Assembly: GCA_963727625.1 (NCBI GenBank)
Contig: CAVSHR010000007.1
Location: 32,001 to 96,000, forward strand
DNA from: an uncultured delta proteobacterium
GTDB taxonomy: Bacteria; Desulfobacterota; Binatia; UBA9968
Direction of reading: 5' to 3'
DNA length: 64,000 nucleotides
Shown here piece by piece: positions 44,953-55,600 of this stretch. Both the position numbers and the translations under genes were made by a program. The stretch's first letter is position 1, and each line of letters begins with the position of its first letter. The notes under the pieces were generated by a model. That model ran no database searches. It saw nothing but the letters and a program-made list of their open reading frames with translations, and was not told the DNA's origin.

Positions 44953-45296
44953 GCGACGCGCACCCCGTCGCGGTCCACCGCCTGACGAAAGCTCGATCCG
45001 CTTCGCTTCCGGCTTTCCCACTCGTCCTCGGTGTACGCGATGATAGATGGCAAAACATCCGCAGTGGCGGCCAGCAAGTAGCCGATTCGCCGTAGCGTTC
45101 GTTTAAGGCGCCCAGCCTTATTCTTAACAATCAAAAGCACATCCAGATCGCTTTCAGCATGGGCCTGCCCCCGAGCCTTTGACCCGTAGATCAGCATCTC
45201 ATGAACGGCGTCCGGATATTTTTCATTAAGCGCTTTTCGATAAGAATCGATCCACGCTCTTTCCGCCTTCGTAAGTTGGAGGACGTGATTTTTCAT
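44949..45296 (-). CDS. Minimal nucleotidyltransferase (MNT)
   Basis: YGSKARG....SDLDVL (GS...DxD). Confidence 0.9.
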   Translation of the reverse strand: MKNHVLQLTKAERAWIDSYRKALNEKYPDAVHEMLIYGSKARGQAHAESDLDVLLIVKNKAGRLKRTLRRIGYLLAATADVLPSIIAYTEDEWESRKRSGSSFRQAVDRDGVRVA

Positions 45297-45318
45297 CTTC
45301 CTTTGCCCCCTTTGTCCG

Positions 45319-46945
45319 TTAGTCTCCCTCGGCCGATAGCAAGTCCATCTGCCCGCGCGGAGGCGGCGCCTTCGGCAGATTCTCCACCTTCAGGCTGTAG
45401 TCGTCCTTGCCCCACTCGCAGCGCGACAGCACGGCCTTGGGAATTTTCTTCACCGTCAGATTGCCGTAACCGTCCTTACGACCACGGAAGGCGCTGCATA
45501 CAACCAGCAGCGATCGCTCCGGACCAACCTCGTCGCTCAACTGCTGAAGTTGGTCGTGGCTCAGGTTCGCTGTCGTGACGTAAATGAAATCCCGCTCGGT
45601 GGAATGGCCGTGCTGCCAATAGACCGTATCGCTCGGCGCATAGACGAATCCCTCCAGCTTGCACACCGCCTCCGCCAACATCGCGGCGTTGAACTTCTCG
45701 CTGATGACCCAGTTGCCCCACTTGTCTTTTTCTAGCAGCGACGGCGAAAGGCGGTAGTAACGGAAGCCCCCGCCGCCGTTCCAGCCCACCGCCTCACTGA
45801 TCCCGCCTTGATCCGTTCCGTCGAGGACTTTCTTCATTCGCGGGATGATGTGTGTGTGACAATGTTCGCCCAGCTCCACCATTATCCAGCGTCGGCCCAT
45901 CTTGTGTGCCACGGCACCCGTCGTGCCGGAACCTGCAAAGGAATCGAGAACCCATTCACCTCGGTTGGTAACCATCTCGATGATATATCTCAACAGGCCT
46001 TCCGGCTTGGGGAACTGAAATTTATTCTCTTGTCCAAATAGCTCAACGCTTTCGTAAGTCCCGTGCTGCGTGTAAAACCCGTCGATTATCGATGTCGGTT
46101 TGGTCTGCCGCTCTTCGCCGTCGTCGTCACGAAGGTATTGCTTAGGACACCGTGACCTTCCCCTTCCGCTCAGTGAAGACGATTCCATTTGCGTAGATTG
46201 CCTTTTTTACGCGATCTTCAGACCACTGCCATTGTTTGTCAGGCCAGATATCCTGACCTTTGTGTTTGATTGGATACCGGAGGTTCGGGCGTTCGTCGTT
46301 GCTTGTTGTTCCCAGAGGCTGGAGCCGATACGGACCGCGCGAGTCGTAATGCTCGTCCTTGAACTTGTAGTACTTGAGCGCCTTTTCATTCGGAGGCAGG
46401 AACAAAGGCGGAAGTTGCTCGATCTCCTTTGCGTAGCAGAGAATGAATTCATTCTGGTTGACAACGTAACGAGACTTAGCGCCTCCGCCGTAACTTTTCT
46501 TCCAAACAAACAACTCCACGCGATTTACTCGCCCAAACACTTCATCGAACAGCAGACCTGCGTGGAACAGTTCGACGTTATCAATAAAGCATAGGATGAG
46601 CCCGTCACGAGTGAGCAGCCGTTTCAATGATTCCAGACGGTCGCGCACCAAAGACAGCCATAGTGAATGTTCGACACTGTCGTCGTAGTGAGTAAAAGCC
46701 GCACCCGTGTTATAGGGCGGATCGATGCAGATGCACTTGATCTTGCCGGTAAATTCCTGTTCGAGCGCTTTGAGAGCAAGAAGATTGTCGCCGAAGATGA
46801 GACGGTTATCGAACAGGTCGTGATCGGTCACCCGGTGCGGCGCGTGGTAAGACTTCTCCGGGTCTTCGAGCAGGATCCGCGGCTCAAGCCTGGGCCGGTT
46901 CTCCTTCCCGATCCAGGTGAGTTCGAGCTTGGTTTTGTTGCTCAT
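45319..46945 (-). pseudogene. mod: Type III adenine methyltransferase Mod, one frameshift near 46143
   Basis: DPPY in the 5' ORF; FPKPE and DSFAGSGTT in the 3' ORF (beta-class order). Confidence 0.9.
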
Positions 46946-47114
46946 TTCAGTGGATCCAACGCAGCTTTTTCACTGGATGCTACATAGGCACCACAAGGCC
47001 AACTCTTTTGAATTCAATGAGTTGTCTTGCGCGTGCTTGCCGCTAAGCAGCCTCCAGTTACATCGTGTTACATACGCGCAGAAATAAGTCTACGATGGAG
47101 AAAGTCTAACTCCG

Positions 47115-47834
47115 TCAGTCACGCCACGCGTCCTCTGGTTCTAAGGCCGTTGCCGCCGGATTCTCAAGATCGAATTCCCAACGGGCCGGGTTGTCGTGAA
47201 TGTATTGCCGGATGCGATTCAAAGATTCTTCGTCGCGGACGATGTGTTCGTAGTAGTTGCGTTGCCACAATCGGCCTGGAAAAGGTGTCCAGCCTGATTG
47301 TTTGACGGCGTCTATGAATCGTTTTGTGGTCAAGGTTTTGAACCGATGCATGATGTCGGGCAACGATAACGTAGGGGCAACCCCCTGTGGTTGCCCCAAT
47401 CCGGCGGGTGGATTTTTCGTAGGGGCGCCCCCCTGTGGGCGCCCGGTAGCTGGGCGGGCACCACGGCTTGTCGCAATCCTCGACCCCGCATCCGGGCAGG
47501 CACGGGGGCCTGTCGTAACACTCAACCCCGCATCCGGGCAGGCACGGGGGCCTGCCCCTACAAGAACGACGATGCCGTGGATGTGGTTGGGCATCACAAC
47601 AAACACGTCGGTTTTTATACCCGCGTAATGCGCTGGTAATTCGTCCCACGCGGCTTGCACGATCCATCCGGCATCGTTCAACCGCATGGCGCCATTCTCG
47701 ATCTCGCCGAACAAGCACATTCTGTCTTGCGTTACGACGGTCACAAAGTACATTCCCGCTTGGTTGTAGTCATACCCCTTTAAACGAATTGACCGTCGGT
47801 GGTGTTTGTCTGAGTCGTATTTCATACCGGCCAT
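47115..47834 (-). mobile_element. REP-associated tyrosine transposase (Y1/HUH) gene
   Basis: HHRRSIRLKGYDY, YFVT, MPNHIHGI (HUH), WQRNYYEHIVR, YIHDNP. Confidence 0.92.
47371..47561. repeat. GTAG-family REP cluster inside the transposase ORF
   Basis: GTAGGGGCAACCCCCTGTGGTTGCCC (47371), GTAGGGGCGCCCCCCTGTGGGCGCCC (47419), inverted GGGCAGGCACGGGGGCCTGCCCCTAC (47536), plus two degenerate copies at 42-bp spacing. Confidence 0.9.
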
Positions 47835-47847
47835 TATCTAATCGCAC

Positions 47848-50698
47848 CTAGGCTACGCTCCATCGGACCGAAAACAAGTGCGTCTGCGATATCTGTTGCT
47901 GCAACTTTCCTTCGATCTCTGCAATCAGCTGCTCCCGTCGCCGGTCGATTTCGTCTTGGGCATCGAAGAGGGAGCGGCGTTTGGCGTTGCGCTGGGACTC
48001 CAGCGCTTTGATCTGCTTCTGACCGGCGAGTTTTTCTTCCAGCGTGAGTGCTGCCGTCGCAGCGCGGCGGGCTTCTTTGATCTGGCGATCGATTTCTTTT
48101 ATCTCGCGCTCCAAGCCGACTTTGAGATCCTCGGCCCAGGAGTCGAGTTTTTCAGTCTCGATACCGAAGAAGCGGGCGTTGCGTTCGGAGATTTCCCGCT
48201 GGATTTCGGTCTGGCGGCGCTGGGTGATCGTTTGAAGGTCGTTGGCAGGGGAACAGAGAGAAGATTGCTTGGTCTTGCCGGGCAGAGACAACAAACGACG
48301 TGCAACTTCTTCGTCCACAGTTTCACCCTTGTCGGTGACCGCAGCGAAGATCATGTGATCTTCGGCTTGATCCAGTGATTCAACGCTGAGCTGTGACACA
48401 CATAGATAACCGCTTTGGCCACGCAGGGGTTGGAGGGCGCTGATCTTGCCGACGTAAGCGTCGTAGTCGAAACTGATCTCGGCAGGCGGCAATTCCCGGT
48501 TCTTGGCTTGGGTGATGATCGCTTCGGCGAGCGGATGGCTTAGGCGGTACGTATGCGCATCGCGCGAGCGGCGCGGCAATTCGTAAAGGCCGACGGGATC
48601 TCACCTGGGAAAGGCGAAGTTTGCAGTCGAAAGGAATGGTCAGCTCAAAAACTCCGCATAGTCCTTCAGCTCGTATCGGGATAGCCGCATTAAGCAGCTG
48701 CTCGTATCGATCCAAGAAATCTTTTGCCGCCGCATCCCGCACGCGGAGCTTGTTCCTAACGTCGTCATCGAAATTTTCGAGCAGTTTCTGCTTTGTCTGC
48801 GTCATCGCTTCGTTGATCTCAAAACTGAGTTCGAGCTGAAGCTGATCGAAGGCGGTCTTGATCTCGTCGGTCTTGCGGCAGCGCTGGTAGATGTCGTTGA
48901 TGCGCTTCTCGAAGTCCACTCCGCTTTCGATCGCGCCGAGCACTTCGTCGCTGGCGCCGAAGACGCCTTCGAAAAGTTGGAACTTTTCCGACAGCAACTG
49001 GTAAACGCGCCGGTCTGCGGCGTTCTTGCGATTGAGGAAGTTGACGACTACGACGTCGTGCCTCTGCCCGTAGCGGTGGCACCGGCCGATGCGTTGCTCG
49101 ATCCGCTGGGGATTCCAAGGCAGGTCGTAGTTTACGACGAGCGAGCAGAACTGAAGGTTGATGCCCTCCGCGCCCGCTTCGGTGGCGATCATGATCTGGC
49201 CCTGCTCGCGGAAATAATCCACCAGGGCGGAACGCATATCGGCGGTACGCGAGCCCGTGACGTGGTCGGTGCCCCGGTGACGTTCCAGCCAAGCGGCGTA
49301 GATCGCCTTGGAACCGTCGTCGGTATTGGAGCCGTTGAATAGGACGATGCCATCCTTCCACGGACTGTCACCCAATACGCGCAACAGATAGCTTTGAGTG
49401 CGGCGGGATTCGGTGAAGATGATCGCCTTTTGCTCGGCGCCGAGTTCCACGGCTTTCTTCATGGCGATGGCGAGCGCCTTCAGCAACGCTTTGCCCTTGG
49501 CATTGTGATCGATCGAAGTGGCGAGACGGGCGAAGTTGTCGAGATCGGCGATCTCCGCCTCAATGGCGGCGCGGTCGGCTTCGGAAAGCGGTGCTGGAGG
49601 CTGGTCGTCGTCCCATTCCTCCGCGGTTTCGTCCAGGGCCTCATAGTCTTGGTCGAGTTCCTCTTCCAACGATTCTTTTGGCTCCTGTTTACGCAGCTTC
49701 GCCTTAAGTCGTGTCGAGATCGACGTGAGCGCGCCCGCTATGGCGAAGCTTGAAGATGCCAGCAGCTTGCGCAAGACCAGCGTCATTAGCGAGCGCTGGC
49801 TGGAGGGAAGCGCTTGGAGGTTTGGCCGGCGCAAATACTCCGAGACGAGTTCGTAGAGTTGGTCTTCGCTTTCTTCCGGGGTGAATTCTTCAAGCAGGGG
49901 CAGCCGGTTGGTGTACGGAATGTAGGATGTGACCTGCCTGCGCAATGTGCGGTGGCAAATCGGCTTCAGACGCGCCTTGAGAGTTCGGAAAACCTGGTCC
50001 TGAGTCAGGTTGGCGAACTGCTCACGGAAACTCTTGAGATCGCCGAAGGCGTGCTCGTCGATGATGCTGGCGAGACCGAAGAGTTCGAGCAACGAATTCT
50101 GCAGCGGCGTGGCCGTCAGGAGAAGCTTGTGGCGTCCCTGCAATGCCAGTTTGAGAGTGTTCGCGATGACGTTCGACGGCTTGTAGACGTTGCGCAGCCG
50201 ATGCGCTTCGTCGATAACCACGAGATCCCAAGCCGCGTTCGCAACGTCTGACGCCTTGCTGCGCGCAAAGTGATAGGAGCAGATGACGACAGCGTCCTTC
50301 ACCTCGAACGGCTTGAAGACCCCTTGTTTGATCGCGTCGTTGTAGGACTTGGTCTCTAAAATCCGGCAAGGCAGAAAAAACTTCTCCGTCAGCTCCTGAT
50401 GCCACTGCTTGCGCAGATTGGACGGCACGATAACGAGAATGCGCCTCTTACGCTCGGCCCATCTCTGTGAAAGGACAAGACCCGCCTCGATGGTCTTTCC
50501 CAACCCGACTTCATCGGCCAGCAACGCGCCCTTCGAAAGCGGCGAGTTAAAGGCGAAAAGCGCCGCGTCCACCTGGTGCGGATTGAGATCAACCTGCGCA
50601 CTGGCGACGGCTCCCGCAAGCTTCTCGATACTGTCCGACGAGCAGCGCTTGGTCAGCTCATACGCGTAATATTTAGCGTGGTAGGGAGTCAGGTCCAT
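47848..50698 (-). pseudogene. SNF2-family helicase, frameshifted at about 48590-48695 in this sequence
   Basis: LADEVGLGKT, DEAH, LTATP, EQRIGRCHRYGQ; coiled-coil C-terminus continues in another frame. Confidence 0.88.
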
Positions 50699-51054
50699 TC
50701 AGTCGGGCTTTAGTCCGATTGTTCATTCGAGCAAGAAATGACTCGACTGAAGCTAATGAAATCTATCGTTACTTCGGAAAATTCTTTGGTGCAGTGGTGC
50801 GGCGCTCTAATCGTCGTACCGAACTTGGCCAAAATTTCTCGGTAGTCTACTGCTATCCGTGGGTTTGGGGCAAGGGTGAGCCTGGAGGATAAGGATAAAG
50901 GCGAAAGGATAAAAACAAGCGCGAGGCGGAAGGCGAGGACTGGAAAGCGGGAGCGGTATGAAAGGTTAAGGCAATAGGACCTTCGGAGGGATAAGGGATT
51001 AAAGATTTCCTAGTTCACTCCTAATCCGACATGTACACTTTCGCCGCGCTTTTC

Positions 51055-52641
51055 TTATGTTCTCCTGTTGATGCCGCTGTTTCCGCTGAGTTGCGATCCG
51101 ATCACAGGCTTGCGCTTGACCGTCTTTAACTTCTGGAGATTGGCTTTTCTGCACTCTTTTCGCGCCGTGACCTGTTGTTGCCTGTCGGCCTCGGCGAGAG
51201 TTTCTTTGAGTGCGCTCAACTCGGCATTGGGCTGGGTCACGATATGACGTAGAAGCATTTCAAAATGCTCTGCCATCCGGATGATCGCAGCAGAATCAAA
51301 CAGATCTGAGTTGTATCGTATGGAGGCAGAAAACGATCCTGCCGTTTCGATGATCAACATTACGAGATCCAGAGCGGCTGCGCGGCGTTCCAGGGAGAGG
51401 GACTCCAGCACAAGCCCGCCAGAATTCATCCGGAGCCCGGTTTCGCCCAGCGCGAACGCGGGTACTGCCTGTTCTGCGAGCCGGTGCGGTTTATCCAGTG
51501 CGAACATGACCTGGCAGAGCGGCGAGCGGCTGAGGTCCCGGGTCGGCCGCAGTCGTTGGACCAAGCGAAGGGTAGGGTAATCCTGATGCTCGAGAGCCGC
51601 CAGTACCGTCTCGCGCACCCGACCAAGAAACGCCCGGAAAGTTGGATTGCCCGAAAGATTCGCTCGCAAGACAACAGGATTGGCGAAGAAACCCACAATC
51701 CCTTCAAACTCGGCCCGGCTCCGCCCGACCATAGGAGACGCCACCAGGATGTCTTCCTGACCGGTGTGGTAATAAAGCATCACTTCGAACGCCGCCAGAA
51801 GGACCATGTACAGAGTTGTCCCTTCGGTCTTGGCGCGCGCCTTGAGCTGCCGAGCCAGTGCATCGTTTACGGTGAAATCTTGCTGGGCGCCGCGAAACGT
51901 CTGAATCGGCGGTCGAGGCCGATCGGTCGGAAGATCGAGCACGGGTAACTGACCGGCCAATTGTTTCTTCCAGTAGGCCCATAGCCGCTCACCTTCCGGA
52001 CTCGCCAACATTTCGGTCTGCCAACGAATAAAGTCCGTGTATTGCAGATCAAGAGGACGTAGAGCCGCTGGTCGGCCCGCCTTTTCCGCAGGGTACAGCA
52101 CGCCAAGCTCATTCAGGATCACCGCGAGGGACCAGAAATCAACCACGATATGGTGCACGATCAGCACAAGGATGTGTTCCTGTGCCGAGCGGGTGAACAG
52201 ACTGACCCGCAGTACAGGTCCTCGTTCCAGATCAAAGGGGCGCTGAGTTTCTTCGACCAGCCGGTTCTTGAGCTCATCCTCGCGCCAGGTTGAGGCGTCG
52301 ATCTCCTCGAAGTGGACCTTCAGGCGTTCGTGTATTTGTTGTACGGGTTTGCCAGAACGCACCGCAACCGTGGTCCGCAGCGAAGGATGGCGATCCACTA
52401 GCGCCTGAAATGCGCGCCGCAGGGCCGGAGTGTTTACATCGGAAGATATGCGCGCCGCAAAACTGACATTGTACATCGAGGTCTCCGGCGCGAACTGGCA
52501 CAGGAACCATATTCCCTGCTGATTATCGGAGAGAGGATGAAACGATTTGGCCCCGCTCGCCTTTTTTCGCAGGAGCTGCGCGAGAAGAGCGCGCTTTTCA
52601 TCGGGTGAAAGATCGGCAGTTCGCTGGGATGTCTGGCTCAT
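51055..52641 (-). CDS. Stand-alone NRPS condensation domain protein
   Basis: LSDNQQGIW, RHPSLRT, HHIVVDFWS, YWKKQL; helical N-terminal docking segment; basic C-terminal tail. Confidence 0.92.
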   Translation of the reverse strand: MSQTSQRTADLSPDEKRALLAQLLRKKASGAKSFHPLSDNQQGIWFLCQFAPETSMYNVSFAARISSDVNTPALRRAFQALVDRHPSLRTTVAVRSGKPVQQIHERLKVHFEEIDASTWREDELKNRLVEETQRPFDLERGPVLRVSLFTRSAQEHILVLIVHHIVVDFWSLAVILNELGVLYPAEKAGRPAALRPLDLQYTDFIRWQTEMLASPEGERLWAYWKKQLAGQLPVLDLPTDRPRPPIQTFRGAQQDFTVNDALARQLKARAKTEGTTLYMVLLAAFEVMLYYHTGQEDILVASPMVGRSRAEFEGIVGFFANPVVLRANLSGNPTFRAFLGRVRETVLAALEHQDYPTLRLVQRLRPTRDLSRSPLCQVMFALDKPHRLAEQAVPAFALGETGLRMNSGGLVLESLSLERRAAALDLVMLIIETAGSFSASIRYNSDLFDSAAIIRMAEHFEMLLRHIVTQPNAELSALKETLAEADRQQQVTARKECRKANLQKLKTVKRKPVIGSQLSGNSGINRRT

Positions 52642-55600
52642 TCATTAACTTTCTCATCAGCTAACATATCGGTGAGCAATGAATCCACGTTCTCATCCGA
52701 AAGCTGATCAAGGTTTGCCAACAGCTGTTCGGCATTTCCCTTGTCGATGTGCTCCTGTTGCGATGTGACAGCCGGGGCAAGAGGCGGCGACGGGCTGGAG
52801 CCCTCTGCTGTCAGTTGATCGAGCACCTGTGTTACCGCCTCGTCGACGCTAAAACCCTGAAGAAATTTGACCACCGGAACTTTCACCCCCAAGTCAATCG
52901 CGATCCGGTTTCTCAGTTCGACGGCCATCAGCGAATCCAATCCCAGATTACTAAGCGGTTGCTGCAAGTCCAGTTTAGCTGCGGCAAGCCCGAGCACACG
53001 AGCCACTTGCGCGCTCAGGTAGGACTGCAATAACTCGTGGCGCTCGCCTGGCTCCGCAGCTAGGAGGGCAGCGGAGGTCAGCCCACTTTTTTCTCCCGGA
53101 CGGTCCGTTTGCTGTCGGACCTCGGCTTCCTCAATTGCAAGTTGAGACAGTAGGGGCGGTTCGCTGCCCGCCGGGTAAGACTCGCGGTACTGCTGCCAGT
53201 CGACGGGCACCGCCACGACCTGGATTGCGCCTTGCCCGAGCAGACGTTGCAGCACTTCCAGCGCTTGCTCGGGCGCCATGCTGGTGATTCCCAGAATCGC
53301 AAGGCGCGCGGCGAGGCGCTTCCCCCCAGGCGTATCGGCGAAACCCAGATTGCCCCAAGCGCCCCAGTTGATCGTCAAGGCCGGCTGGCCTTGAGCTCTC
53401 CGGTGATGCGCCAGAGCATCCAGGAAAGCATTGGCGGCGGCATAATTCCCCTGGCCAGCCTGGCCCAAGAGGGAACCCGCTGAAGAGAAGAGCACGAAGA
53501 AATCCAGGGGGGCGTCCTCAAGCAGATGATGCAGCAGCCACCCACCCACCATCTTGGGCTGCAAAACCGTATGCAGTTGGGCGGTATCGAGCTGCACCAG
53601 CAGTCCGTCCTGTATCACTCCCGCCGCGTGCACGACACCGCGGATCGGCGGCCAACCCTCACGGCGAAACTCGTCGAGAAAGCCGCTCAACTGTGCTTCA
53701 TCCGCCACATCCACCGACGCCAGATGCACCGACGCTCCCGAGGCTTCCAGTTCCTGAATGGCAGCGACCTGCCGGGCCAAGCGACCGCCTGTTTCCAGCG
53801 AGCTCCAACTCGAGCGTGGAGGAAGTTTCGTGCGTCCCAAAAGGATCAAGCGCCGTGCCCCTTGCTCGACCATCCAGCGGGCGACCGAGAGGCCGAGCTC
53901 TCCCAGTCCGCCGCTGATGAGATAGCTGCCGTCGGAGCGCCACCTGATCTGACGTTCCCGGCTCGCAGATCGGCGCTTGCGCACTAAACGGGCCACGTAG
54001 CGCCGCCCTTTACGGAACGCCAGTTGATCCTCGCCAGCGGGAGTGGAGATTTCATCGCACAACTGCTGAGCCGTAGTATCTCGCGGCGATGCCGTCGGAT
54101 CGAGATCCACAAGTCCGCCCCACAGTGTAGGGAGTTCTTGAGCAATGACGCGACCCAATCCCCAAAGAGGCGACTGAGCTACGGCCAGCGGCGCGGGCTC
54201 TTCCCCTGCCGCTTGAGCACCACGCGTAGTTAGCCAGAGCCGGGGGAGATCGCGCGATTCCGTTCGCGCCAGTTCCTGGACCAACAGGAGGACACTGCCG
54301 CAGCCCAGAGTCTGGGCTGCATTCAGAGAGGCCGCGGTGGTCTCCTGTGGGCGAGGAGCATCAAGACTCCAGAGATGGACAATCCCACGGCAGACTGGCT
54401 GATCAGATTCCAGTGCCGCCTCGACAAGCCGCCGGAGGTCTTCCGGTTTTTCTGGGCGGATGCGAAAATGCACACCGTCTATGTGCTCGTACGATTCCCC
54501 GCGAGAAACCAGAATGGTCCCTTGTCCCTGTGCTTCCAGCAACGCTGCCAGCCCCTCTCCCACGCCGCCATTGTCGGTAAAGATCAGCCAGCTCCCCCGA
54601 CTGGCCGGCGAGGAAGTTTCCGCAGCTACTTGTCCTTCGACGCGTTCTTTGGGCTGCCACTGAAACTCATAGAGCCAGTCGTCGAGATCCGTCTCAACAG
54701 CGCGCTGTGGGTCGTCGCCCAGATATTCGAAGCGAAGTCCGAGAATCTCGACAGCCACGCGCTCAGCTTCATCGAGGAGCCGCACTTCTCCCGTTACTGT
54801 ATCAGCGTCGCGTTCTTGGACATGGGCGTTACTCCAGAGATGCAGGCCGGGACGACCGCAGACCCGGAGCTGATCTATGCGGGTCGGCATGAAAATACCT
54901 TGTTTGCCGTTTTGAGTTGCTTCGGCGGCTACCGCTGCTCCCATAATCTGTAAGCCGGCGTCCAGAACCGCCGGGTGGATTCGGTAGGCGTTAAATTCTG
55001 TATCCGACCCGTCTGGAACCTTGACTTCACCCAGCACCTCTCCATTGTTTCGCCACAACTGTGCGATGCTCTGGTAAAAGGGACCGTAGTCGATACCGCT
55101 TTCGCGGAGTCTCAGATAATAGTCCTGGCCGGAGACTTTCTCCGAGCATCGACTTTGGATCTCTGCGAGCGTCTCCCTGCCAGAAACAGGGAAAGTGCTG
55201 TTATCCTCTAGAGGACAGGCGTTCCCGGTCGCATGCAGCGTCCACGATTTACTGGCGTGGTCTCCCGGGCGGCTGTAAATGTGAAAAGACGCCCCTCCAT
55301 CGGTGCCGGGAGAAAGGATAACCTGAATCGTGTGGGGTTTGTCCTCAGGTAAAAAAAGCGCCCTGGCAAATTCTACATCCTTCAACGCAAAGGATTGTTC
55401 GCCGAAGACCTCAACGGCGGCGGCCAGGGCCATCTCCAGATAGGCCGAGGCGGGCAGCACGGCAACCCCTTGGATGCGATGGTCGTCCAGATATGGCAGG
55501 GCTCGCTTGTCCAAAGTGAATTCCCAGAAGTGGCTTCCTGCGGGATGGGCCGACGTGAAGTGGTGGCCGAGAAGAGGGTGAGTCCCAATTGCGCTCCGCG

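Larger units (their letters stand above)
39766..51037. mobile_element. Defence-type insert splitting the biosynthetic operon (ends approximate)
   Basis: RM, helicase, TA and transposase genes lie between two assembly-line genes; ATGTACA occurs at 39766 and 51031; no integrase inside. Confidence 0.65.

Noticed and set aside
46135-46150. Phase-variable mod (phasevarion)
   Set aside because: The frameshift is not within a simple sequence repeat or homopolymer tract.
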